Source of the DNA: a virus
DNA: 64,000 bases
Strand: one strand, 5' to 3'
Virus record (IMG/VR): IMGVR_UViG_3300032116_000082
Coordinates: 1 to 64,000 of that record
Part shown: piece after piece, positions 37,601 through 47,500 of the stretch
Numbering within the stretch: the stretch's first letter is position 1
Layout: the number at the start of each line of letters is the position of its first letter
Notes under the pieces: model-generated
Told to the model about the DNA's origin: nothing
What the model saw: the letters and a program-made list of their open reading frames with translations, nothing else
The model's database searches: none
Program-made: the position numbers and the translations under genes

Positions 37601-40600
37601 GTCTCTTCGTAGTAGAAATAGTCCGACCGATCAACGGATCCAGCCGCCACGGTCGAGTCCAACGCGACCTTGGTCGCGGCAGCGTCGGAATACAACTTGA
37701 CCCGCACCCCCTGCATCGTCCATTCGGGCGGGATACCAAACGTCTTGATCAGCTGGAGCGGCTGCCACCGACCACTAATGGGTATCTCCAGGATCTTTGG
37801 CACTTCCACCGCGGTGCGACCCCCAGCGACAAAATTGCCCTTGATCTGGAAGGTCCCTGGGACTGGAGGCCAGGGCGCATTGCCCGGCATACTGAGCGTC
37901 GTCCCGCCGAATGACAGACCATTATACGCCACCGTATTGCCGATCACCTGCTTGACCAGACTCGGCGAGGGATTGCTGTACGAATGTCCACTGAGTGACA
38001 CATAATCCACCGTCAGTCCCGTGACCGGCTTGTTGTCGAATTTCGACAGGTCAATGTCCGTTCGGGGCTGGTACGCAGGATAGTCAGGCCACGGCTCCGT
38101 CTCGATCGTGGTCTGGAACTTATTGAGGTCAATCCGGTGCTGGATCTTGCGCACGTACTGCGTCGTGTCCGGCGTGACGGTGTTGAACTTGCTCTCCTCC
38201 ACCGCGACCGGATCGGTGATCTCGAGCATGGGGAGCAGCGTGTGCGTTACCGTGGTGCCCACGCGCGGAACGGATTGCCGGTAAATGAAGACCTGAGCCA
38301 AGTACTTAGCTAACCCATCGTCGGCGATCGCTTCGTCGTAGATGACCGACTGCTTCAGGTACCCGACATAGTTGGTGGCGGTACGGTCCGTAATCGAGCC
38401 CAGGTCGATCGCGTTCTGGACGACGAATTCCTGCTCGGTCGGCGCCTGGGCTTCTGCGAACTTGTCGCTGTCCGTTACCGCGGCCTTCCGACGACCCACG
38501 ATGGTCACCTTATTTCGGACGGCATCCTGCTGAGTCTTGGTCTGTACCGTCAGCGCGGCGTCCAGCGTAGACAGGGCGGGCAGCTTCGGATTGTCTGGAT
38601 CCTGCGCATAGGCCAGGATGCAATCCACATACGCCGGTGTCGTTCCGGCGACGGGCTGGAGCGTCACTATCAGCTGTAGATAATCGCCGGTATACGCCGT
38701 ATACACGGTACTATTACCGCCTGGAGCCGTCACAGCCGAGTCGAAGAACAGTTCCGGCTCTCCGACCGTAGCGGCAACATGCACTTGCTCTTGGGTTTCC
38801 TGGTATCCTTCCGACACCGTGACGATACGAGGCTCCCCGAGCTCAGTAATACGTCTCTGGTTGCTCTGCGTAGTCAGGTACGACACGTCCGAGGGTGTGA
38901 CGGTGACAATCCAGTCGCGAATACCACTTGCCCGCGGAAACGAAATATCTACCCGCGAAGCATACACAGTCACTTCGAACGTCGGCGTAGCGCCAGAGGC
39001 GGCCGACATGTACGTCGCACCGTACGCTGCCGGGTTAATGACCTCGGTCGCGGTGCCCGTCTTCACATCATCGGTGGTGATATCGTGAACATACGACGGG
39101 GAATTGGCGGGAAATAGCACCGCCGCGCCGGTGACATCAAACCGGCAAATGTACCCCACGCGATCAGTCAACTCACGAGCGCGGGCCCAGAGGTCTTTGG
39201 TGGGTTCAACCTTAAAGACGTAATCGTCGTCGTACGGGCGCGTTTCCGTAAAGGACAACCCAACATTGCCGTAGTGAACCGCCCGCGGAAGCCGAAGGGG
39301 CTCGCCAGATAGGGTGTCCGCGCGGAATCGCTTCAACAGAGCACCATTGATCTCAACGTCCCTACCGTTCCCGTTATCCTGCACGGCCTGGAACAGGCGA
39401 CGAAAACAGATTGGGTCGATACCGGCCCGAATCCCCAGTTCTTCAACGGCCCATGCGAGCGGCCAGTTGTCGAACGCGGGGACATTGTAGACCGGCTGCT
39501 TCCGATCAACCGGCAACACATCGGCATAGTCAAGCACCTGGAAACCACGGGCCATGTAACTAATACGATCCGGTGCCTGCTCGTACTGCTCGACCATGCG
39601 ACCTTCAAAGCTCACGCAGGTAATCTGCAACCGCCCGGTAGAGCCACTACCAAAATCGTCTACCTGCCCCGTAAAGATCGGCATCCAGGACGGAGTCTCC
39701 GCCCGCTTGGCGACTTCAATTTGAATCAGTCGCTTCCGCTTGAGCGTGTGCAGCAGATCCCCGGCATCATAGACCCGGAGGGATCCCGGATCGGTCTCCG
39801 GATCTGGCTGATAAAACACCCAGCCACTCCCATCGTTGATCGCCGGATTGACCAGCGGGACCTCGATGTCGGCGCGGATAGCACTGCCCTGTTCGTGGTT
39901 GACATTCACCGACAGGATATACGGCAGCTCCACCGCCTGAACGTCCGCATGAGAGAACAGGCTCGCTGCGAGGAGTGGCGCGGCTTGCGCTGCCGCCTTG
40001 GCGATCGGTCCTCTGCTATTGGCATCGGTGGGCCGTGCCGTCGGAATCGCCCGAATGACCAGCCCGCCCCACGAGTCGGTCTTGTCCTGCACGTAGTACA
40101 CATGCAGGGTCGAGGTGGAAGAGAAGGTGTGCGTCGACGAATACCGGAAGCCGTTTTCCAGAAAATCGCTCTCCGAGACATCTCCCTTGAACAGCGTCGT
40201 CCTCGTCGCACCTTCGACCACATCAATCCGCACCCATCCGGATCCTGCCACGGCAAACGTGAAGACGTCGTCATCCGCCAGCCACTGCCGACGAGACCGT
40301 GCAACGAGTGCTCCCTGAAAGCAGAGCGCCACTCGTCCAGTATACGCCCCGCCCCACCAGTTCGGAGTGCCGCTCCCCCAATAGGACTGCACCAGAGGCC
40401 ACCGGCCATCTGCCACGGCAGCGGATGCGAACGATCCATTGGTGAAAGCGGATTCCGGACTGGAACCAGACGCCACCGCCTTGAGCGCCGTGGCGTACTG
40501 GCTCCAGTTGACCGATTCCGCCAACGGCTGAAACACCCGAAGCTTCAACCCCTCGGACGCCTCGTCATTTTCAAGCGTCGTATACGGAGTATCCCAACTG

Positions 40601-40665
40601 CGAACCCGGAACTGCCATTCCTGGTCCGCAGAGAAGAACGCTGAGGTGGTAGGCGTCGGCCGCAT
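34699..40665 (-). CDS. Giant tail tip/hub protein (1988 aa)
   Basis: Second gene after the TMP; hub-like IFTGQVD, VRNKVTIVG, LPMLEITDPV; PA14-like and FlgD-Ig-like segments. Confidence 0.75.
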   Translation of the reverse strand: MRPTPTTSAFFSADQEWQFRVRSWDTPYTTLENDEASEGLKLRVFQPLAESVNWSQYATALKAVASGSSPESAFTNGSFASAAVADGRWPLVQSYWGSGTPNWWGGAYTGRVALCFQGALVARSRRQWLADDDVFTFAVAGSGWVRIDVVEGATRTTLFKGDVSESDFLENGFRYSSTHTFSSTSTLHVYYVQDKTDSWGGLVIRAIPTARPTDANSRGPIAKAAAQAAPLLAASLFSHADVQAVELPYILSVNVNHEQGSAIRADIEVPLVNPAINDGSGWVFYQPDPETDPGSLRVYDAGDLLHTLKRKRLIQIEVAKRAETPSWMPIFTGQVDDFGSGSTGRLQITCVSFEGRMVEQYEQAPDRISYMARGFQVLDYADVLPVDRKQPVYNVPAFDNWPLAWAVEELGIRAGIDPICFRRLFQAVQDNGNGRDVEINGALLKRFRADTLSGEPLRLPRAVHYGNVGLSFTETRPYDDDYVFKVEPTKDLWARARELTDRVGYICRFDVTGAAVLFPANSPSYVHDITTDDVKTGTATEVINPAAYGATYMSAASGATPTFEVTVYASRVDISFPRASGIRDWIVTVTPSDVSYLTTQSNQRRITELGEPRIVTVSEGYQETQEQVHVAATVGEPELFFDSAVTAPGGNSTVYTAYTGDYLQLIVTLQPVAGTTPAYVDCILAYAQDPDNPKLPALSTLDAALTVQTKTQQDAVRNKVTIVGRRKAAVTDSDKFAEAQAPTEQEFVVQNAIDLGSITDRTATNYVGYLKQSVIYDEAIADDGLAKYLAQVFIYRQSVPRVGTTVTHTLLPMLEITDPVAVEESKFNTVTPDTTQYVRKIQHRIDLNKFQTTIETEPWPDYPAYQPRTDIDLSKFDNKPVTGLTVDYVSLSGHSYSNPSPSLVKQVIGNTVAYNGLSFGGTTLSMPGNAPWPPVPGTFQIKGNFVAGGRTAVEVPKILEIPISGRWQPLQLIKTFGIPPEWTMQGVRVKLYSDAAATKVALDSTVAAGSVDRSDYFYYEETDGVISLFRGQKALTGGAALATEGKIFLSYRVGTDRMNTGWLSNNPYHEFYGLNYTSVGVSLPWAQGTTTGVSTDEVLTFDVRYRSLFPVGGGDPNGIAGGVSKSPFYDPYTSELGNLVNIRFSVLAEGMYRVSIRNWEDHTVVGWLTNPASDANQPEQHWEYLPVMADKVFTWDGVDQLGLWNAVQSELYSELVEGTFEDDQKPRVGRGFYVWNQEVGGGDLGPLAYIWLARNVDGVPIIGHGTYARWYVHIEAETTTPAERELSSKDDDVNVAILTHLPEPTKLELKVEDKIGASWGALPPTSQPSSLTAYINNDKPIRIRFKVAPRPGVLWAGKDSQISVKLTREVHLRAIIGDQVVVYAGKEFPGTTVEDRAVYSRRLTNDEHTKQYTDSGYRKASTFRWDDATDPGDASTEWVFYPRDFKKDFLISGYEQSIEFGDYLQLEEVPQWNGARATATARSRLQFALMSYLFYLSAYVTDRSGRSSWGINRSFVDKSKIYTNTQALNWPTDPMYEQRRTVVCRQWTEEADWKANQLTAFGYSANTLFAKLLQSFWYQHDVSATNVGTTPVSWSAFGTFPQDTYSANHAAASVDGYRLPLEYSASNVMRQLGSVAGAVSSSFLGANASGGMDVGTWEWESSPLWIPSITRDLHPYFLLPPMVSPPAPPFAQSTFASFTNNGEEADLRGINMYWTIGGSETKVKVRAFGSDNTIERKTSDAGAAQTWSSPTVDMTGSGTALKFNPGFRVDVTKGMFKDGVPTNAINYVRQDETVHWEDLRGIYSRGPYPAAAPTKVAAGSPYYVNPHRYKGIQVSQTLNVSSYPLFQVLVDRTGPSTTTSPPTGAGIDWFRTSFRSEYVWESGSMFPTNRFGKERLDGVMWWRHRFIGFSNNLYYDYGAWTGWKDDDLNVSTPKITGGFLRNGNYSGISWDVGGPFTTGHMPVGVGPVLPQTTELTCHLVLLPERRGS

Positions 40666-41372
40666 TAGTAGGGGATCTCCTCGTCGATCACAAACGTGAA
40701 CTTGGTATTGCTATACCGGACGGATCCACCATCCCCGCGCAATTCGCGCGTGGTATCCAACACGCGTGCCTTCCACCAGGCGGGTTCCGACCATGACAGC
40801 AGGATCGTGCCGGTCCCGAGCGGGCCGCTGAGGGGATTCTCGAGCGTAAGGCTGGTGCTGGTGGCCCCAATTACCGAGCGTCGCTCAAAGGGGTAAACCG
40901 TGCTTCCAGGAAGCACATCGATGACCGCATTCTTGAGCAGGGACGGACCGACGTTTGCAGGGAGCGACACAGACAATGTGGTAGTGCTCGTCGCCGACGC
41001 CGTGAGCTGCACCTGGCGATTCAGGTTCAGCAATCCGGTGACCCCGTCATAGACATAGATTTGCGGAGGAAGACCACGCGCCATGCGCGTGCGGGCCGTG
41101 AGCTGTTGAAGCCACTTGTAAGTGCGCTCGTAGGTCACCACCTCCGGCCCAGCATTGGACCAGATCCAGCTGCGGCGTCGTGGGTCGCGGTTAGTAACCT
41201 GAGTAATCACACGCCCATCGGCGGTCTCAATCACTTCGCCGAGCTCGGCGTTCGGGTACTCCACCCGCGTCGGTCCGGGAAGGAGCGGAACGTCCTGATT
41301 CAGCTTCGCCCCAGCAAGGTCGGCCATCGCGATGCGGAACCCAACCAGTTTGGTCGTCGTCGTAACGGGCAT
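40665..41372 (-). CDS. Putative distal tail protein
   Basis: Directly after the TMP; GGGGA SD before MPVTT; TAATG coupling to the hub gene. Confidence 0.6.
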   Translation of the reverse strand: MPVTTTTKLVGFRIAMADLAGAKLNQDVPLLPGPTRVEYPNAELGEVIETADGRVITQVTNRDPRRRSWIWSNAGPEVVTYERTYKWLQQLTARTRMARGLPPQIYVYDGVTGLLNLNRQVQLTASATSTTTLSVSLPANVGPSLLKNAVIDVLPGSTVYPFERRSVIGATSTSLTLENPLSGPLGTGTILLSWSEPAWWKARVLDTTRELRGDGGSVRYSNTKFTFVIDEEIPY

Positions 41373-41390
41373 TGCTTCCCCCATAAACAC

Positions 41391-41432
41391 AAAAAGGCGC
41401 ACCGTACCTGAATGGGCACGGGACGCCGTTTT
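41391..41432 (-). terminator. Terminator-like hairpin
   Basis: - strand GGCG-tc-CCGTGCC-cattca-GGTACGG-tg-CGCC-TTTTT. Confidence 0.55.
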
Positions 41433-41457
41433 GCACTCCGAAACTCCCCAAACGACA

Positions 41458-41492
41458 CTCCCCGTGACTCTAATAAGTCGAGTCACGGGGAG
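41458..41492 (-). promoter_or_regulatory. Perfect 13-bp inverted repeat with CGACTTATT at the apex
   Basis: CTCCCCGTGACTC-gacttatta-GAGTCACGGGGAG. Confidence 0.65.
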
Positions 41493-41503
41493 CTGAGCGT
41501 AGG

Positions 41504-44500
41504 TTAGCGTCGGATATCGAAGGCGCTGCCTGCTCCTCGTAGTTCGTTCCGGATCGCGTCAGCCACTAGGGCCGCTACCTTCTGCTCATCCTGACCAGGA
41601 GCCGCATTGACCGTGATATTCATGGACACATTTCCGCCGCTGCTCGAGCTGTTCGCACCAAACGGACGGAACGTCGGCACCACAAAGCCCGTCGGGACAT
41701 TCATGAACCGGCTATCGAGCTGCAGCATCCGCGTCTGATTCTCAACCGCTTGAATCTGCTGTCGCGTATTGCGTTCGATGAGTTCCAGCGCGGTGATCTG
41801 CTTTTCGCCGTCCTCCACATTCTTCTTGAGCAGGCCACCAACCAGACCACCAAGCACACCACCAATAGCACCACCCACCGGGCCGAGCGGTGTCATCGTC
41901 CCAATCATGGCCCCTATCGAGGCCCCTTCCTGGGCGAAGTTGGCGTCCTTATACGGGGAGTTGTTGTTGCCGATCTGCCCACCGGCCAGGGAGCCCGCCA
42001 GCACCAAGGCCGCTTCCCCAGCGGACTTCCAGGAACCCCCGCGAGAACTGGTACTGATCGACGAATTGCCACCGCGCGTCCCCTGGGCATCCATGGTGCT
42101 CGTGCCCAGTGTGACGCCGACGCGATCAACCGGCGTCCCGCCGGACAGCAACGCCCCACCAGCGGCTGCCGCCGCTCCAGCTGCCGCTGCGGCCGTACCC
42201 TCGGCACCAGCCCCTGCAACTCCCCCGCCCACCGGACTGATGTTCGTGGCGCTCAGCGCCCCTTGCAGGGCGTTTCGTAGTTCGATCGAGGCATCACGCA
42301 CGCCGTTCCGGAATCCTGCCTCGATGTGGGTTTCCGTCGTCAACGCCCCGTTATTGAAGCCGTCACGGAGCACCGAACCAAGTACACCCGTTTCACTGAA
42401 CGCCCGACGCATAAAGACATCGACCAAACGAGCCTGTGCCGCCTGGCCCATGGCCTCGAACATCTGGTTGCGCCCTTCCACATTGAAATTCCGATACGAC
42501 ATCAACACATTGCGCATCGGATTGGTCATGTCCTGGACCAACTGCATCGCCTCGTCCTGGCGACGACGCGTCAACTGACCATCCAGCGTGGCGACCGTAT
42601 TATACTGGGCGGCCATGCGTTCCCGATCGGCCGTTGACTGCGTGTTGGCAAAATCCCGCCGAGCCTTCGCGAGCGCCTGGTCCTTCGGCGTGCCGTCAGG
42701 CATCAGGTTGGCCTCGGCGAGCGCGGCATCGCGTGCAATCGTCGCCTGGGCGATCTGATTATTATAGGCCAGCTGGGCGAGTGCCTGCTGGGAATTCAAC
42801 GTGACCATCGGATTCCGCGGATCGAGCTGCTGCAAGGCAAAATCCCCCTGCAACAGCGCCTGCTCTAGCGTGAACCGCCCCTGGGCATTCGCTCGAGCAT
42901 TGTCCGCCTGTACCTGAATCTCGTTACGCTTCCTTTCGCGCTCGACTTCGGCGAGAATCATGTCGTCAAGGACCTTGCGCGCCTTCTCCCGGCGCTCGGC
43001 CAGCGTGCCCTCGAGTTTGGCAAGTGCGTTCAGCTGTTCTTTGGTCTTTACATCGCCAAAGGCACCCAAGGCATCCAGAACGTTTTGCAGCTCCTTCGCG
43101 GCGACCTGCAGTTCCTCCGGACTATCCGACCGCAGCCCGAACGAAATGACGTCGGTCAGCCCCTTCTGCGTCGCCGCCACATACTGCTGCCGCATCGCAT
43201 TGAGCTTTTCGATGTCCCGCTTCCGTCCACCGCTCAGCGCAGCGATCACCGCGGGATCATTGGCGATGCCTGCCCCAAGTGCGCCGCTTCGGACACCGCC
43301 TTCTTCAACTTGAATCTGGCGCAGGACCTCAGCATCTGCACCAACTGCCGTGCCACCCGACAACACGCTCGCTGCCAGCTTCGCACGATCCGTCAGCAGG
43401 CGAATCGGCACCTGATCCATTCCAATCAACATCTGCCGAGCCGCCTGCGCCCGAGCACCGACCGAGTCAAACCCCGTACCGTATTGCGCCGACAGCCGCT
43501 CTTCCGTACCGATCTCCGCCATACGCGACGCAAACTGCATGATCGGCTCGAACATCCGATCCCGGATACTGAAGTCGAGCGCTTTAGAGGTAACCGCTGC
43601 CGCCTGAGACGTACGCGTCAAGCTGTCGTTCAGCTTGAGTAGACGGTCCTTGTACTCCTTCATCCCCGCCGTTTGGATATTGATGGCCTCGGCGGTCTTC
43701 ATGAGTTCCGCGCGAGCCAAATCTACCGCTTGCTGGAAGGCCTCGACAAAGGCACCACCAGGCGTTGCGGCCTCACCCACCGTCCCCAGTCCGCGCTGAA
43801 TGGCCTTGATCCGCTGATCGCCGTCGTTGCCAACGGCTTTGTTGATCACACCGATAAGGTCCGCGGCCAGCTGCCGCTGATTGCCCAGACGATAGTACGC
43901 TCCGGACAATTCACCCTGTTGCTGCATATTCAGGTTACCGGCCTGTGCAGCTGACTGAATAACGGCCTGCGGAGTAATGGTCTGATTTGACTGACGGAGC
44001 CGCTCTTCAGCCGCCTTGAGCTGAGACCGCTGGTTGGCATTTACGAGCAACTGTGTACGAGCGTACTCATCCAGCTGCTGCAGCTCCTGACCAAACGTGA
44101 GCCTCCCAGCCATGTCGGCAAACGTACCACGCGTCCCTGGGGCTCGTAGATTGTTGGCAAACATGAACTGCTGCCCAGCGTAGCTATACTGCTCAAAGAA
44201 GTCATTAAAGGAAAACCGATTGGTCACCTTCACCCGTCGGCCGGAGCCGGGCATACCATTGTAATCAACCAGCATCTCCTGTTCAGACGAGTTCTTCAGC
44301 GTCTTCATCAAATCACCGAAGGACTTGTCCACCTCGGAGAACAAATCAGCAAGGTCCTTGCGAAGACCAGACGTCATGGTATCTGGTACCGCGAGGCCGT
44401 ACGTTGCCGTTGAGCGGACCAGCGCCAGCGCCTCCGCCGCAAGCGCAGCCGGATCGCCGATGTTAGCAAATCCAGGTAGCGCCGCGCTCAGGTTCTTGAC

Positions 44501-47500
44501 AAGCTCCTCGAGCGTCCGATCATACTGCTGATTTTGCGGCAGCTTCCCTCGGTCAACCTGATCCTGGACCTGACCCGCCGCCGAAAGGAACGCCGTGCGG
44601 ACCTGGCTGGACAGTTCGTTCGTGTCCATCCCGTACTGGGTTGCCCGCCGGGAATATTCCTGGAAGAAGTCAGATTCGCGGAAGGTCTGCAGGTCGAATT
44701 CATCCGGCGTACGGACATCAAACTGATCTTGACGATTCTGGAACCACTTCAAGATCCCCACAATCACCGCGACTCCCGCAGCGATAGCGGCGATCGGCGC
44801 AGCATACCCAGCAACGCCCGCAGCGAGACCAGCGCCTCGGACCGCCGCACCACTCAGGAAACCACCGCCAGCACCAGACGCAAATTGCATCAGCCGCGGG
44901 GCCAGCGCGGATCCAATTCGCGCAACCGCGAAGCTGGCACCAGCCGCCGTCAACATTCCGGCAGGACTCGATAGGCCCTCACCAGCAGCAGCGCCCGCAC
45001 GCAGTCCGGTCTTGAGCAGGCTGGCCACACCGGTGTCGTTGAACAACGTCGAGGCAAGCTTCGTGAGGGACGTATTGAACTGCGCCAGTGAGGCGGATAC
45101 GGTATCCATGCGCAGCTTGACACGCTCTTGCGTGTCCCCGTAAGCCAGGGCGCTCTCGTTTGCGACCTTGAGGACCTTCGTGTTGTAGTCGTCGAGCAAT
45201 GCCGCCGCCACGTTCGACTGACGGGCACCCGCGAACGTCGTCAGCAGCTGCTGTGCCTTGACCGTATCGCCGCTAGCCTTGAGCTCCTGATACCGGTTAG
45301 CAATATCTCCAAGAATGTCCTGCAACGGACGCAGCTCGTTCGGGTTATCCCCCGCCAGGTTAATCTTAAACTGCTCCTGCAGCGCCTTGGCGACCTCAGG
45401 AGCACCGAGACGAGAGATGATGAACCGCAGGGACGTGGCCGCCTGCTCGCCAGTGACACGCGTCCGTTCAATGATCGCCGTGGACGCACCGATAACCAAG
45501 TCGAGGGCGTCGACTGCGCCCAGGGCCTGTGGCTGCAGCTGTTGCGCGAGCGAGCCCGCCCGCTGGATTGCGTTGGAGAGGTCCTGCGCACTGACCGCGT
45601 ACTGCGACTCAATTCGGGAAATACGATCCAGAATATCAAACGCGGTGACCTGCCGGTCCGTAATGTTCTGGACCGCGATGAGCATTTCGGTTGCCTGCTG
45701 CGCATCAAGCCCGGCGCCAATCTGGGCGGCCAGCGAGGCCCGCGTCAGGCTGATCGTTTCATTGGGGTCCGCACCCGTCTGCGCAAACAGCTTGGCGGAG
45801 CGCATCGATTCCTGGACGGACACCCCGTATTCCGTAGCGGCGCTGAAAACGCCCGAACCGATCGCGGCAGCCTGACCGCCCGATCGGGTACTCAGCACAC
45901 CTTGAATGTTCTTCAAGTCCGTTTCAAACTGCACCGCGGCAGCCGATGCCTGACGAATCTCGTTCGCGATCGTGTACAGTATTCCACCCGCCGTCATATA
46001 AGCGGCGAGGTTCTTGAACTTATTGACCACGCGGTCCATCATCGATCCGCCAGCTTCCGCGTGATCAATGGACGCCTGCGTCACCTTCAGCAGGGCGTTG
46101 TACAGCTTGCCCAACTCGCCGTTGAGCTGCCCGTACTTTGCCTTGAGCTTGTCGACGGAGCGCTCGGCCTGTGGAACGTTCAGGTCGTCATACCGCTTCC
46201 CAATGAACTCCTGCAATCCGGCACGAGACTGCTCCAAGCTCTTGCGACGCGCCTGAATCCGTGGATCATCGCCTGTTAACAGGGCTGATTCGGCATCAAT
46301 CGTTCGAAGCTTCTTCTCTGCATCCAAGATGGACCGATACTGATCACCGAACGCGTTACGCGTACGCGCGGCATCGATGACAGCCGTCGCGGCGGCAGAC
46401 ACCTCATTGTTCCGTCCGGAGAAGAACCGAGGATCGGAAGAACTCATCGCGCGGGCGTTCATCGCAAACGTCTGCATCAGTGCATCCATCTGCGCACTGT
46501 TCTGGGCAATCTGGCGCGAGGTGGTGCGCGTGGACATCTGCGCACCCACCTGGGCATCGAACGTGGCCAGAAGGTCCTGCGCACGCATCTGGGAATTGCC
46601 GATCTGATTCCGCCCACGCAGGATGAGCTCCCGCAGGACCGCCGGATCCGTCCCAAGGACAGGAGCGGTTCCAGACAATGCCGGGCTGCCGGTCAGTGTC
46701 GGCATCGTGTCGTCATACCGGACACCACGACCGCCGCCGTATGCCTGGCGATTGATCAGCCGGTCCAGCTCGCCCTTGGTCTTGATCTCCTCACGGGACA
46801 GCCGATCGGCGTTCTTATCTGCCAACGACGCCCCAGCCAGCCCACGCGTCGTCGCCAACGCATTGACCTTCTCCAAGGCTGCCGCATACGGCTTAAGAAC
46901 TTCCGCCAGACGCTGGAACTCCTTAATGACCGGGTCAAACTGTACGGTCGCCAGCTCCGACATCGTCTTGTTAATGCGGGCCAGAGCGCCTTCGACCCCG
47001 TTCATAGCGTCCAGGAATTGCTTGGCGGCGGTCGTCTCGGCGGACATGGTCTGGCCGAGTTCGTTGACACCTTGCAGCGGATTGTCGAGCAAACGCGAAC
47101 GGACACCGCCCTTCCGGACATAGGCCCGCTCCTTGGGATCCAGGAGCGCCCCGTCCATGATGTCGCCACCAACGGCCATCGGCGACGTGCGATAGTAGTA
47201 GCGCCCGCCGAACTCCAGCTCACGCTGCCATTCAAGCATCTGTTCGCGCCGATAATCCGTGAAGTTCTTGGGATCTTCACGTGCCATGGTCTCATATCGC
47301 CGGAACATCTTCTCGGCAAAGGCCCGGCGCTGCTCCGTCTGTGGAGCAAACTCACCACCACGACTAATGAACCCACGAAGCCACCGCTCACGAACCTCGC
47401 GATCCGGCACGTCGCGGTAACCGTCCATGAACGGCGCGGTATCAATGTCCAGGTTGGGATTGAAGGTCGGCAGCGGAAACGTCCCGCGCGGACGCGTCAG

